Source: Spirochaetales bacterium (GTDB lineage: Bacteria > Spirochaetota > Spirochaetia > JABEVK01). From it: a stretch of 64,000 nt of DNA. The DNA is taken from assembly GCA_037142615.1 (NCBI GenBank), contig JBAXAI010000003.1, positions 1-64,000 on the forward strand, read 5' to 3'. The position numbers and the translations under genes are program-made. Shown here piece by piece: positions 38,134 to 48,245 of this stretch. How positions within the stretch are numbered: position 1 is the first letter of the stretch; each line of letters opens with the position of its first letter. The notes under the pieces are model-generated. The model was not told the origin of the DNA. It ran no database searches and was given only the letters and a program-made list of their open reading frames with translations.

Positions 38134-39558
38134 ATGCAAAAGGCCGTTCTCAAGTTCGGGGGTTCCAACCTCCGGCGCCCCGAAGACATCGACCGCATTG
38201 TGCAGGTGGTGCGACTCTACGACCAACCCGTTGTTCTGGTCGTGTCAGCGTTCTACGGTATCACCAACGAACTCGTCGCCTGCGTGGCCGCAGCCCGCCA
38301 GGGAGCCGGCCAAGCCTCCGCGCTGGCCGAGACGCGCCAGTTCACCACCCGCCTGCGCGCCCTCCACGAGGAGATCCTAGACGCGAACTTGGGCCCGGAA
38401 AAGGCCCCGCCCGAGACCCGTGAGCGGGTCTCGAGGGCGCTCGCAGAGCGCCAAGACCAGCTGGAACGCTACCTGACCGGCGTTCACTACATCGGCGACG
38501 TGCCCGACTTTGTCAACGACGCCATCCTCAGCTTTGGTGAGCGCCTTTCGAGCCTGTTGCTGACCGAGGTGCTTCGCTCGCGGAGTCTCGAAGCGCGCGA
38601 GGTTCTGCCAGAGGCGCTGGGCCTTCGCACCGACGGGGTGTTCGGCAGGGCGGCGTGCGATTTTGCCGCCAGCCGGGAGTCGGTCCGCGCCGGCTTGGAA
38701 GGCCCCGGCCTGCTGGTGGTGCCGGGCTTTTACGGCGTCGACGCCGCCGGCAAGGTGACACTGTTCGGCCGGGGTGGGTCGGACTACTCGGCCGCCTCGA
38801 TCGCGCGTTGTATCGCGGCCTCGTCGCTCGATGTGTGGAAGGACGTGGATGGCTTTTTGAGTGCCGACCCGGGAGCGGTGGCCAAACCGCATTCTCTGGC
38901 GCACCTGCACTACCTCGAGGCCGCCGAATTGTCGTACTTCGGCGCCAAGATACTCCACCCGCGCACGGTCGAGCCGCTTTTCGACCAGAACATTCCCATC
39001 CGAATCTTCAACATCACGCGGCCCGAGCGCGGCCTGGAACCCTACACCGTGATCGATGGCACCCGCCGGGTGACCCAGGAGGTCGTCAAGAGCGTGGCTT
39101 CGAGCGATGATGTGGCCATCGTGAAGCTTCATGGGCCCGGCGTCGGCTTCCAGGCGGGAATCTTGGCCCGCGTGACAGGAACACTCGACCGGTTGGGCAT
39201 CAACATCAAAAGTGTTCTGACAGCCCAAACGGCGATCAACCTGCTGCTGGCCCGCGATGATCTGGGCCCGGCCCTGCAGGCGTTGCAGGAGCATCATCTG
39301 GCGGGCGTGGTGGAAGTGACCTCGAACGCCGAAGTGTCGATTCTGGCAGTGGTGGGTGACGGCCTCGTCGGTGGCTCAGTCGTGGGAGGAGGCGTGCCCA
39401 GCCGCGCGCTGTCGGCCGTGCTTGCGGGCGGAGTCCGCGTCACGCTGTCGGCTGCGGGGGCCAGCGAAGTGGCCTGCTACCTGCTGGTGCACCGCGACGA
39501 CCGCAAGAAAGCCCTCGCCCTCATCCACGCCGAGTTCTTCGGCCATGAGAGGACATGA
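38134..39558 (+). CDS. aspartate kinase with two ACT domains
   Basis: LKFGGS, VVSA, GERLS, FGRGGSDYSA, DVDGFLSADP, ELSYFGAKILHP. Confidence 0.93.
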   Translation: MQKAVLKFGGSNLRRPEDIDRIVQVVRLYDQPVVLVVSAFYGITNELVACVAAARQGAGQASALAETRQFTTRLRALHEEILDANLGPEKAPPETRERVSRALAERQDQLERYLTGVHYIGDVPDFVNDAILSFGERLSSLLLTEVLRSRSLEAREVLPEALGLRTDGVFGRAACDFAASRESVRAGLEGPGLLVVPGFYGVDAAGKVTLFGRGGSDYSAASIARCIAASSLDVWKDVDGFLSADPGAVAKPHSLAHLHYLEAAELSYFGAKILHPRTVEPLFDQNIPIRIFNITRPERGLEPYTVIDGTRRVTQEVVKSVASSDDVAIVKLHGPGVGFQAGILARVTGTLDRLGINIKSVLTAQTAINLLLARDDLGPALQALQEHHLAGVVEVTSNAEVSILAVVGDGLVGGSVVGGGVPSRALSAVLAGGVRVTLSAAGASEVACYLLVHRDDRKKALALIHAEFFGHERT

Positions 39559-39564
39559 CGGGGC

Positions 39565-41649
39565 TTACATTTCTACAAAGACCAAGTCATTGCGCTCGGG
39601 GTAAATCGTCGGCGCGATGGTGCTGGTGATCCGTAGAATGATGTCTTCACCCGAGGTGGCGACGATCTCGGCTTCGGCGATGGGGATGCGGTCGCCGGTG
39701 GCCAAAATACGGCTGATGAACACGCGCTTCACCTTGAAGGTCTCGAAGCGGCTCGCTTTTCGCACCGTGACGTTCGGGGTGGCGACGCTGATCACCGAGC
39801 CCAGCGCTTTGGGGATCACCTTTCCGTTTCGGTCCTTGAGGGTGCTGCTGGTCACCTGGTCGATCTCTTTGATCAGCGAGGTCATCAGCGCGGTGGTATC
39901 TTCCTTGGCGTTGCTGGCCCGCGCGAGCAGCCGCACCTGTTCGTCGGCGATCTTTCCTTGGGTGGTGGTCATGAAGGCCAGCAACTCGTCCTGGGCCATC
40001 GCCTTGACGCGAGCGGTCTCGACCTCGATCAGACTTTCGATCAGCGAGTTCATGTACACCGCGTAGTCCGGGAACAGCGATGAGGCCGTGTCGCCGTTCT
40101 TCAGCACTCCCACGAGCGACTGAATGTTGGCCCGCAGTTGCTGCCGGTCGGCGCTGGCCGGAGCTTTTCGCAGGGCCGTGGCCTGCACCTGGTAGTCCTT
40201 GCCTATCTGCGCCACCTTGTCGAGCTGAGCGACGAGCTTGTCGTGGTCGAGCTGCATCTGCGCGATACGGTCGGTGGCCTTTTGGAGCAAGCCCTGCGAG
40301 TCTTGGCCCTGCAAAATGAGCTTCTGCAGGTCGGCCATGCGCCCCGGCAAGGTGTCGACCGTGCTCGAAGTGCTCAGCTGCGGGTCGAAGGTCCGGTACA
40401 GCGCGTCGAAAGAATTGATGACGCTGCTGATCTGCGCCGCCGATTGCGCGCTGCCCGACTGCCCCGAGGCCTTGAGGGTCTCAATTTCGGCGGTCTGTTT
40501 TTGCACCAGCACCTGGAAGTCCTGAACCTTGGCCGCGACAGCCTGCAATTGCTGGATTCGTATCGGGATGCTCTCGAGCGTGGCAGCCGTGAGGTTGCCC
40601 GACGACCCCGGCGACACCCCGGCCATCGGAGTCCCCAACGTGGCGTTGAACGACTTGAGCAGGGCGTCGAGCTGTGAGGCCGCCTGTTGGTTGAGCGTCT
40701 CGAGGCTGGCCAACCGGTCGCCCTGGGTTTTCAGCTGGGCGTTGGATTCCTGCAACTGGACGACTTGCTGACGAATCAGGTCCTGCAGCTTCTTCGTGTC
40801 GTCGGTATTGGCTGCTACCGGGAGCCCGGCGTCGACGGGCCAACCCGACTTGGCCGCCGCGACCAGGGTTTCGAGGCTTGTCAGCAGCGACGCCTGGGCT
40901 TGTGCGCCCGTCTTGTCGGTGTCGGTGACCTTGAGGGCGTATTCGCCGACAAACTGTTTCAGGCGGGCGATTTCGCTTTGCGCGGTATCCCACTTCTTTT
41001 TGCTCAGCTGATCGCTGATGGTGCCCAGCGACGAATGCAGGTTCTGGTCGTAGATCTTGCGGAGTTCCTGCTGGTTCATCAGGTCCTGGAGCGCGTTGTC
41101 GGCTGCCGAGGGTGCCGAGCCCTGAGCTTGCTCCAAGTTCTGGGTCTGGGTTTTGACCTGGGCGGTGAGCGCTTCGCGGTCCTGAAGGGCCTTGGCGAGG
41201 TTGGACTGCAGTTGGGTGCGGCGGTCAGTCAGCGTTTTGCGCTCCACCACTTTGTCGAGGCCGAGCTTGGAGAGTTGGGACTCAATGTCGGTGAGCTCGC
41301 TTTCAATGCCGGCGATTTCTTTGTTCTTGGCGGCCAACGAGTTTTCCGCCTCTTTCAGCAGGGCCGAAATGATGTCAGCACCGCTGGTAGCGGCCGTCGC
41401 GGCCTGAAGCACGTAAGCTTCCTGCGCCGCCGAATACCAGAACCACAGCCCGCTGCCGACGGCGAGCAGAAAAAGCACGGCCCCCGCGTTGAGCAGCAAA
41501 GGAAACGTTCGGCCCGACGATTTGGGCGCAAACTTGGCGCCGCCGGCGCGGAGGGCCTCGCGTTCTTTGGCAATGAGCCCAGAGATTTCGTTCAGGACGA
41601 GGGCTTCGTCGTCGAGAGAAGCGATTTTTTCGAGCGACGTGTCAGACAT
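39565..41649 (-). CDS. membrane-anchored long coiled-coil hypothetical protein
   Basis: 694 aa with a single N-terminal TM helix, extensive Q/L/E heptads and a beta-rich C-terminal domain. Confidence 0.8.
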   Translation of the reverse strand: MSDTSLEKIASLDDEALVLNEISGLIAKEREALRAGGAKFAPKSSGRTFPLLLNAGAVLFLLAVGSGLWFWYSAAQEAYVLQAATAATSGADIISALLKEAENSLAAKNKEIAGIESELTDIESQLSKLGLDKVVERKTLTDRRTQLQSNLAKALQDREALTAQVKTQTQNLEQAQGSAPSAADNALQDLMNQQELRKIYDQNLHSSLGTISDQLSKKKWDTAQSEIARLKQFVGEYALKVTDTDKTGAQAQASLLTSLETLVAAAKSGWPVDAGLPVAANTDDTKKLQDLIRQQVVQLQESNAQLKTQGDRLASLETLNQQAASQLDALLKSFNATLGTPMAGVSPGSSGNLTAATLESIPIRIQQLQAVAAKVQDFQVLVQKQTAEIETLKASGQSGSAQSAAQISSVINSFDALYRTFDPQLSTSSTVDTLPGRMADLQKLILQGQDSQGLLQKATDRIAQMQLDHDKLVAQLDKVAQIGKDYQVQATALRKAPASADRQQLRANIQSLVGVLKNGDTASSLFPDYAVYMNSLIESLIEVETARVKAMAQDELLAFMTTTQGKIADEQVRLLARASNAKEDTTALMTSLIKEIDQVTSSTLKDRNGKVIPKALGSVISVATPNVTVRKASRFETFKVKRVFISRILATGDRIPIAEAEIVATSGEDIILRITSTIAPTIYPERNDLVFVEM

Positions 41650-41722
41650 GCCAAACGAACTTTAGGGATTTTGAGGTGGATTTGCAAGCAACCTTCCCGT
41701 AATCTGGAACCAGAGTGCCCCA

Positions 41723-43390
41723 GTGAACGTCCGATTCAAGATCATCCTGATCGTTTTGCCCCTCCTCATTTTCTCTCTGGCAGTGGCGGGCCTGACTTCG
41801 GCCCTGTCGGCCCGCAACGGGCTTACTTCGATTGCGGTCGAGTTCCTGGGGTTCAAGGCCGAGGAGCTGGAGCTGTTTTCGAACAACCAGTGGAGCTTGC
41901 TGGTCAACAACCACCTCGAAACCCGCGCCGACTTGGTGGGCATCACCAAACAGTCCATCGCGGCACATGCCATTCAGATGACGCGGAGCAAGACCGAACT
42001 CACCCTCGCGCTGGAGGAAGACGGGACCAAGGCGTTCGCCAACCGACCCCTGGATCTGGCCTCCCTTTCGGAGAGCGAAAAGTCCACGCTGCGCACGATG
42101 ATCCGGACCAAGGCCAAGGGCTGGACGACCGTCTACTTGGCCGGTCGCGAGCTGGTCGGGTTCTCCTTTTATTTGGAGTCCTTCCATTGGCTGGTGCTCG
42201 TCGCCGAGGAGTCCACCGAGTTCTACGCTCCGGTGAACCAAATCGTGGTGCAAACCGCCGTGGTCCTTTTGGTGACAGTGCTGCTATCGGTGCTGTTCCT
42301 GATCATCTTTTCGGGCATTTTGACCCGACCCCTGGGCAAGGTGGTGAGCGCCATGGAGCGAATCATTGCCAGCGGCGAGATGACCGAGCGGGTCGAGGTG
42401 CGTTTTCACGACGAAATCGGGCGCCTGGCGCACACGTTCAACGCCATGATGGAGCAGCTCGATGCGGCCTACCGGCAGGTGAAGACCTACGCCATGGACG
42501 CCGTGATCGCCAAGCGCAACGAGCAGAAGATCCGCCAGATCTTCCAAAAGTACGTTCCGAGTGAAGTCATCAACCAGATTTTCGCGCACCCGGAACAGAT
42601 GCTGGTAGGCGATGTGCGCGAAATCGCCATCCTGTTCACCGACATCCGCAGCTTCACCACGATTTCCGAGGCCTTCAAGCCCGACGAGCTGGTGACCATC
42701 CTCAACTACTACTTTTCGATCCTGGTCGAGATCATCATGGAAAAGCACGGCGTGGTCGACAAATACATCGGCGATGCGGTGATGGCCTTTTTTGGTGCCC
42801 CTGCCCGCTTCGAAAACGACGCCGAGGACGCGCTCCGCGCCGGACTGGGCATCGCCGACGCCTTGGCGGTGTTCAACGGCAAGCAGAAGGCCGAGGGCAA
42901 ACAGCAGTTTCTCACCGGAATCGGCATCAATTACGGGGCGGTGACGGTGGGCAACATCGGTACCGAGAAAAAGATGGACTACACCGTCATCGGCGACAAC
43001 GTGAACCTGGCCAGCCGCCTCGAGGGCCTCACCAAGGAATACCACCAGGCGATCCTGATTTCGCAAAGCTTGACCGAAAAGGCCGGGCCCTCGTTCCCGT
43101 ACCGTCTGGTCGACACCGTCATCGTGAAGGGCAAAACCGAAGGAGTGCGGATCTACACCTCAAGCCTGGCGCTGGACGCTGCGACCAAAGCCGCCTGGGA
43201 GTCCCACAACGCGGCCACCGACCTGTTCTACGCGCGCAAGTTCGCCGAGGCCCGGGCGGCCTTCGAGAAAGTGGGCCGGGTGCTGCCGGGCGACTACCTG
43301 GTCGAACTTTTTGTGCAGCGCTGCCACGACTTTGAGGCCAACCCTCCCCCCAAGGACTGGAACGGGACGATACAGATGACCCACAAATAG
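41723..43390 (+). CDS. membrane adenylate cyclase (2TM-HAMP-class III cyclase-TPR-like tail)
   Basis: FTDIRSFTT, DKYIGDAVMA, DYTVIGDNVNLASRLEG (K/D residues typical of ATP specificity). Confidence 0.92.
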   Translation: MNVRFKIILIVLPLLIFSLAVAGLTSALSARNGLTSIAVEFLGFKAEELELFSNNQWSLLVNNHLETRADLVGITKQSIAAHAIQMTRSKTELTLALEEDGTKAFANRPLDLASLSESEKSTLRTMIRTKAKGWTTVYLAGRELVGFSFYLESFHWLVLVAEESTEFYAPVNQIVVQTAVVLLVTVLLSVLFLIIFSGILTRPLGKVVSAMERIIASGEMTERVEVRFHDEIGRLAHTFNAMMEQLDAAYRQVKTYAMDAVIAKRNEQKIRQIFQKYVPSEVINQIFAHPEQMLVGDVREIAILFTDIRSFTTISEAFKPDELVTILNYYFSILVEIIMEKHGVVDKYIGDAVMAFFGAPARFENDAEDALRAGLGIADALAVFNGKQKAEGKQQFLTGIGINYGAVTVGNIGTEKKMDYTVIGDNVNLASRLEGLTKEYHQAILISQSLTEKAGPSFPYRLVDTVIVKGKTEGVRIYTSSLALDAATKAAWESHNAATDLFYARKFAEARAAFEKVGRVLPGDYLVELFVQRCHDFEANPPPKDWNGTIQMTHK

Positions 43391-43456
43391 TCGCGGTGGT
43401 TGTCTCTTGAAATCCCCGGGTGCAAATGCTAGCCTACAAGTCAAACTCGTATAAGG

Positions 43457-44374
43457 ATGTTTTTCATGAAGAACACAATGATCGCCCTGCTTCTGGCCAC
43501 TTGCCTCGCGGTGCCTTCGCTTTCGGCACAGGTCAAGGCGTACAACAATGGGACCACCGAGTTTGTTCCGCCAGGAACCACTTTTGAGCTGACCGCTAAC
43601 GACCAACTGATTGGGGTCGCCAAGACCCAGTACACCATCAACGGCGGTGAGGCCTTGGAATATTCGGAACCCCTGGTGTTCAACGACGAAGGCCGCTTCA
43701 CCGTCACCTATTGGTCGGAAGACCTGTTGGGCAACGTGTCGGCGCCCCAGATGTTCACGTTCACCGTTGATACGACCGCCCCGACCCTCAAGTCGGCCAC
43801 TCGCGGCGTGTCGCTCGTCAAGGACGGCGTCGTGTACCTCAAGTCGATCACGGGCATTCTGCTCGCGGCCAACGACGCCGGCGCCGGTGTCGAGGCGACC
43901 TACTTCAGCCTCGACAAAGAAAACTACATCAAGTTCAACGAAGAAGCTTTCGTGTCGGAAGAGGGTGAGCGCAGTGCTTGGGCCTACGCCGTCGACCGCG
44001 TGGGAAACAAGAGTGAGCCCATCGAAATCCAACTCGTCGTCGACAACTCCGCACCCGCCGTGTCCATCGTTCCCCTGGATCCTTTGCAGGCCGTTCGAGG
44101 CGACCGCTACGCCAAGCCTGGCAACAGCTTCATCATCAATGCCGTCGACGAGGTTTCGGGCGTCAAGTTCACCGAGGTTTCGATCAACCGCCACGAGTAC
44201 TTCACGTACAACGAGCCCATCCTGCTGACCGAAGCCGGCGAATACTCCATCCGCGCGCGCTCCACCGACAACTTGGGCAACGTCAGCCCCTTGGTGGAAT
44301 TGAACTTCCTGGTCGACGGCGGCAGTCCGAACACCACGATCGGCAAGCCCGTCGTTCCCGAAGTCGCACCATAA
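43457..44374 (+). CDS. secreted Ig-like repeat protein (OmpL47-like)
   Basis: Signal peptide and three repeats ending in D..GN.S (EDLLGNVS, VDRVGNKS, TDNLGNVS) with VDxxAP linkers. Confidence 0.75.
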   Translation: MFFMKNTMIALLLATCLAVPSLSAQVKAYNNGTTEFVPPGTTFELTANDQLIGVAKTQYTINGGEALEYSEPLVFNDEGRFTVTYWSEDLLGNVSAPQMFTFTVDTTAPTLKSATRGVSLVKDGVVYLKSITGILLAANDAGAGVEATYFSLDKENYIKFNEEAFVSEEGERSAWAYAVDRVGNKSEPIEIQLVVDNSAPAVSIVPLDPLQAVRGDRYAKPGNSFIINAVDEVSGVKFTEVSINRHEYFTYNEPILLTEAGEYSIRARSTDNLGNVSPLVELNFLVDGGSPNTTIGKPVVPEVAP

Positions 44375-44410
44375 TTCGCTCGAGCGAAGCCAGGGGCCAC
44401 CCAGCCCCGC

Positions 44411-44441
44411 AAAAGCCGCCCCCCAAAGGGCGGTTTTTTTT
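44411..44441. terminator. intrinsic terminator
   Basis: aaaagccgccc-cccaaa-gggcggttttttt between convergent genes. Confidence 0.8.
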
Positions 44442-44468
44442 ATGCGCCCGGGTGGAGTGCTTGCCCGG

Positions 44469-45263
44469 TCACTTCATGAACAGGGCGGTGAGCCGCCGGG
44501 TGGTGAGAGCCAGCCCCGCGACAATCATCACCGCGAAGTAGGCCACGTGCGTGAGCAGTCCCCAGGTTGGGGCAGCGAGGGTCAGCCCGCGCATGAGTTC
44601 CACGCCGTGCCACAACGGCAGGACCATGATGATGTTCTGGATGAACGTGGGGTACACCGACAGCGGGTAGAAGGTGGCCGAAAACAGGAACATGGGCAGC
44701 ATCAGGAAGTTGATCCAGTCCATCTGCTGAAAGGTCTTCATGTAGCTGGTGATGGCCATGCCGCAGGCCGAAAAGGCAAACGCGATCAGGGTTGCCCCGC
44801 CCACCGCCAGAAAGCCCCACGGCGACAACACCAAACCCAGGGCGTACATCACGATCATGAAGCCGAGCGAGTAGACCAGGCCTCGCAGCAGCGCATAGCT
44901 GATCTCGCCCAGCGCGATGTCGAAGGTGCCCAGCGAGGTGGCAACCATGCCCTCATACAGCCGCGCGAACTTGAGCTTGAAGAAAACATTCCAGGTGGAG
45001 TCGTAAATCGCCCCGTTCATAGCCGAGGTGGCCAAGAGGGCGGGGGCCAAAAAGGCGGCGTAAGGCACCGCGTTCCCGGCGGGCCCATTGACGGTGCCGA
45101 TCATGCCACCCAGGCCCAGGCCGAAGCTCATCAGGTAAAACACCGGCTCAAAAAACCCCGAGAGGACCACGCCCCACGACGAACTCTTGACGGCCCAAAG
45201 CGAGCGTTGCACCACCGTATGGGCGCGACCGGCGTACAGACCGCGCAGCAGGTTTCGGATCAT
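44469..45263 (-). CDS. ABC-2 type permease
   Basis: SGFFEPVFYL, APALLATSAMNGA, PMFLFSATFYP; ATG 45263 overlaps the upstream stop. Confidence 0.9.
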   Translation of the reverse strand: MIRNLLRGLYAGRAHTVVQRSLWAVKSSSWGVVLSGFFEPVFYLMSFGLGLGGMIGTVNGPAGNAVPYAAFLAPALLATSAMNGAIYDSTWNVFFKLKFARLYEGMVATSLGTFDIALGEISYALLRGLVYSLGFMIVMYALGLVLSPWGFLAVGGATLIAFAFSACGMAITSYMKTFQQMDWINFLMLPMFLFSATFYPLSVYPTFIQNIIMVLPLWHGVELMRGLTLAAPTWGLLTHVAYFAVMIVAGLALTTRRLTALFMK

Positions 45264-46144
45264 TTGGACAGCCTCCTCGCGAACACGCGGAAGGCCAAGT
45301 ACAACCCAACCACCGACAGCACCAGGAGATAGCCCAGGTGGACTACCACCAGCCACGGTTCCTCGGCACGCCCGTAGGTGAGCATGCGGCCGAGCTCGGT
45401 GGCGTGCCACAGCGGCGAGACCCAGCCGATGGCCTGCAGGAAGGTGGGGAGTTGGGTCAGCGGATAGAACGTTCCCGAAAACAAGAACATCGGCGCGATC
45501 ACGAACCGGCCGATCATGGCGAAATAGCCATCGTCGTTTTCGAGCGTGGCCGCGAACGCCATCATCGGAGCCCCGAAAGCCAAACCGGCCAGCATCGTGG
45601 CGGGAACAGCGAGCAGCGACAGCGCCGAAGGGGCAGCGCCGAAGGCTGCCAGAATGGCCCAGAACACCGTGACGGTCAGGATGACGCGAGCGAAGGCCGC
45701 GAGTATGACCCCCACCACGATCTGGCCGGGGGTAATCGACGTGGCGTTCATGGCCCAGAACTCGCGGGTCCACTTGAAGCCTCCCATGACGGGAAACGAC
45801 AGTTCTTCGTAGGCCGAGGTGATAGCGGCTGAGGCGAGCAAGGCCGGCCCGACAAAGGTGATGTAATTGACGCCATCGACGCCCTTGGCGCCGGAGTTGC
45901 TGTCAATCAGGGCCCCAAGCCCCACTCCCAGCGAAAAGAGGTAGAAGAACGGCGAGCCAATGCTGCCCATCAGGATGGACCACAGGTAGGCCCGCATGGT
46001 GCGCAGCCTGTGTTCGGCAACGAACCACCAGCCCAACGTGCGCGCGCTGGCGGCCCGGTCGTTGCCCAAGTGGGCTCGTGCTCCCACGAGGGCTGCCCGC
46101 TCGATGCGGGGGTTCGCGGTGCTCAGGGGACGAGCCCCGTTCAC
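45260..46144 (-). CDS. ABC-2 type permease
   Basis: PFFYLFSLGVGLG, PMFLFSGTFYP, SPLWHATEL. Confidence 0.9.
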   Translation of the reverse strand: MNGARPLSTANPRIERAALVGARAHLGNDRAASARTLGWWFVAEHRLRTMRAYLWSILMGSIGSPFFYLFSLGVGLGALIDSNSGAKGVDGVNYITFVGPALLASAAITSAYEELSFPVMGGFKWTREFWAMNATSITPGQIVVGVILAAFARVILTVTVFWAILAAFGAAPSALSLLAVPATMLAGLAFGAPMMAFAATLENDDGYFAMIGRFVIAPMFLFSGTFYPLTQLPTFLQAIGWVSPLWHATELGRMLTYGRAEEPWLVVVHLGYLLVLSVVGLYLAFRVFARRLSK

Positions 46145-47109
46145 TCGACCAGACTCCGGCCGGTCAGGCGCAAAAAGACGTCCTCGAGGCTCGAACGGCG
46201 AACCAGCGACGTCAGCGGGTGCAGGCCCTTGGCGGCGATGGCTTCGAGCACCGCCTCGCCGTCACCCGAGTAGATCAAAATGCGGTCGGGGAGCACTTCC
46301 AGGCGGTCGCCGAGGCCTTCGAGCTGTTTGGCAACGTCGGCGTTCTTGTCGCTGCCGAAGCGCACCTCGACCACTTCACGGCTCGAATAGCGGGCAATCA
46401 GGTCGGCCGGGGTGCCTTCGGCCATGATTTTGCCCTTGTCCATCACAATGAGCCGGTCGCAAAGTTGTTCGGCCTCGTCCATGTAGTGGGTGGTGATCAC
46501 CAGCGTCACGCCCTCTTCTTTGAGCCGGAACAGCCTGTCCCACAAGATGTGGCGGGCCTGAGGGTCAAGGCCGGTCGTCGGCTCGTCGAGCAGCAGAATG
46601 TCGGGTTCGTTCACCAAGGCGCGGGCAATGGTAAGTCGGCGTTTCATGCCGCCCGACAGGTCATCGACCTTGGTCTTGGCCTTTTCGGTCAGTTGGGCAA
46701 ACTCGATGAGCTCGTCGGCCTTTTTTTTGAGGAACTTGTGCGGCAGGCCGAAGTAGCGACCGTAAATGATGAGGTTTTCGCGCACCTTGAGCTCGGTGTC
46801 GAGGTTGTCTTGCTGCGGCACCACGCCGAGGTGGGCGCGGATGTCGGGGCCGCGCGTGTTGGGGTCGAGCCCGAGAATCGTCAGTTCGCCCGAGGTGCGC
46901 TTGGACACGCTGGCTACCATGCGCATGGTCGTCGACTTTCCGGCGCCATTGGGCCCGAGCAACCCGAAGGCCTCGCCCTTTTTCACTTCAAAATGGATGG
47001 AATCGACGGCCTTGAAGTCGCCGTAGGTTTTGGTCAGATTGTGGGCCGAAATCATCACGTCGGCCGCCGGTTGGGGAAGTTTGTTCACCGCGACAGTCTC
47101 GGCTTGCAA
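46141..47109 (-). CDS. ABC transporter ATP-binding protein (NodI/DrrA-like); exact start uncertain
   Basis: GPNGAGKS, LSGGM, LLLDEPTTGLDP, TTHYMDEA. Confidence 0.92.
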   Translation of the reverse strand: MQAETVAVNKLPQPAADVMISAHNLTKTYGDFKAVDSIHFEVKKGEAFGLLGPNGAGKSTTMRMVASVSKRTSGELTILGLDPNTRGPDIRAHLGVVPQQDNLDTELKVRENLIIYGRYFGLPHKFLKKKADELIEFAQLTEKAKTKVDDLSGGMKRRLTIARALVNEPDILLLDEPTTGLDPQARHILWDRLFRLKEEGVTLVITTHYMDEAEQLCDRLIVMDKGKIMAEGTPADLIARYSSREVVEVRFGSDKNADVAKQLEGLGDRLEVLPDRILIYSGDGEAVLEAIAAKGLHPLTSLVRRSSLEDVFLRLTGRSLVE

Positions 47110-47155
47110 TGAAAAATTGTCAAAGGGTACCGAGGCACCGCGTGGGCGTGTCCGG

Positions 47156-47608
47156 TCACTTGGGCGGCAGTTCGACCAGTTCGGGAAAGTAGTAGTCCAG
47201 CGTGCCGTTGTCTTTGACGCGCAGTTCGGCGTAGCCCCGTTTCGACAAGTCGGTCAGCACGGTCTCGGCCTCTTCGAGCTTCAGGTCGGACTCGAGCACC
47301 ACCAGCGCGGGCGTCACGACTCCGCTTCGATTGCGGGCCACCTTCAGGACCGTCTTTTCGAGGGAGTCGCGGCGCTTGGTGTCCTTCTCGATGCGTTTTT
47401 CGAGGGCCCGGCGCTTTTCGTGGCTGCGGTCGGCAATCGCGGTGGCGCCCCGGCGCAGTCCCGTGATCACGGGGAGCACGCCAAAAACCAGGCCGAGACC
47501 CAGAGCCCAAGCGGGGTTGAGAATCTGAAAGAAGAACAGACCGTAGATTGCCGCTCCGGAGGTAAGCCCGGCGACGATGCGCTCGAGTCCTGACTTGGAT
47601 CTTGCCAT
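47156..47608 (-). CDS. membrane hypothetical protein with C-terminal winged-helix-like domain
   Basis: Two TM helices then EKTVLKVA...GVVT...EAETVLTDL...YYFPEL; start ATG 47608. Confidence 0.7.
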   Translation of the reverse strand: MARSKSGLERIVAGLTSGAAIYGLFFFQILNPAWALGLGLVFGVLPVITGLRRGATAIADRSHEKRRALEKRIEKDTKRRDSLEKTVLKVARNRSGVVTPALVVLESDLKLEEAETVLTDLSKRGYAELRVKDNGTLDYYFPELVELPPK

Positions 47609-47764
47609 GCCCCGAAAGATACCGACACAACTGCGAGTTGTAAAGCGGAGGCGAAGGGCTTTGACGACTTCGCGACCAGCGTCCCTTTCGTGTCCCCCAG
47701 TCCAGTACAAGCTAGCCGTGCCCACGAAAATGAATCATCCTGATTGAATCTGATTGGAGGGTCT

Positions 47765-47938
47765 ATGGATCAAGCCCTGGCCGCTTGGGTCGACCTCGAG
47801 GAAGAAAAAACACGACTGACGTTGGAAGCCCTCAAGGATGTTGACGAAGGAAGAGTCGTCGAGCACGCAGACGTCCTCGCCTGGGCAGAAAGCTTGGCGT
47901 CCAGCGAACCGATTCCCGTCCCCGGTACTCCCGCTTGA
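47765..47938 (+). CDS. CopG/ParD-like antitoxin, apparently lacking the N-terminal RHH domain
   Basis: QALAAWVDLEEE..RLTLEAL.DVDEGRVVEHADVLAWAESL; GGAGG RBS; overlaps the toxin gene. Confidence 0.75.
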   Translation: MDQALAAWVDLEEEKTRLTLEALKDVDEGRVVEHADVLAWAESLASSEPIPVPGTPA

Positions 47939-48210
47939 AGATCGTCTGGACCAGCAAAGCGCTTTCCGGCCTGGTCCGAGTCCACGAGTTTCTCGCGCGG
48001 GTGAATAAGCCCTCGGCGGCACGCCGGGTCTTGGCCTTTACGAAGGCCCCCGAGGTGTTGCTCTCGAACCCTCAACTAGGCGAGAGACTCGAAGAGTTTG
48101 CTCCCCGCGAAGTGCGCCGAGTTCTGGTGGTGGAATACGAACTGCGGTACGAGCTTCAGGAGACTACCATCTTCATCTCGCGGATCTGGCACACCAAAGA
48201 AAACCGCTAG
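47935..48210 (+). CDS. RelE/ParE family toxin
   Basis: KIVWTSKALSGLVRVHEFL, NPQLG, YELRYE, IWHTKENR. Confidence 0.88.
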   Translation: MKIVWTSKALSGLVRVHEFLARVNKPSAARRVLAFTKAPEVLLSNPQLGERLEEFAPREVRRVLVVEYELRYELQETTIFISRIWHTKENR

Positions 48211-48224
48211 GGTCCGCGAGAGAC

Positions 48225-48245
48225 GTCTGACCCCCGGTGGATTCA
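48225..48245. repeat. REP-like motif copy 1 (gtctgacccccggtggattca)
   Basis: Shares gtctgacccccggtg and cccccggtggattca with 50090-50120; its terminal tca is the Rpn stop codon. Confidence 0.75.

Noticed and set aside
46721-46728. T8 run in the ABC ATPase gene
   Set aside because: In frame (Lys codons on the minus strand); the ORF is intact
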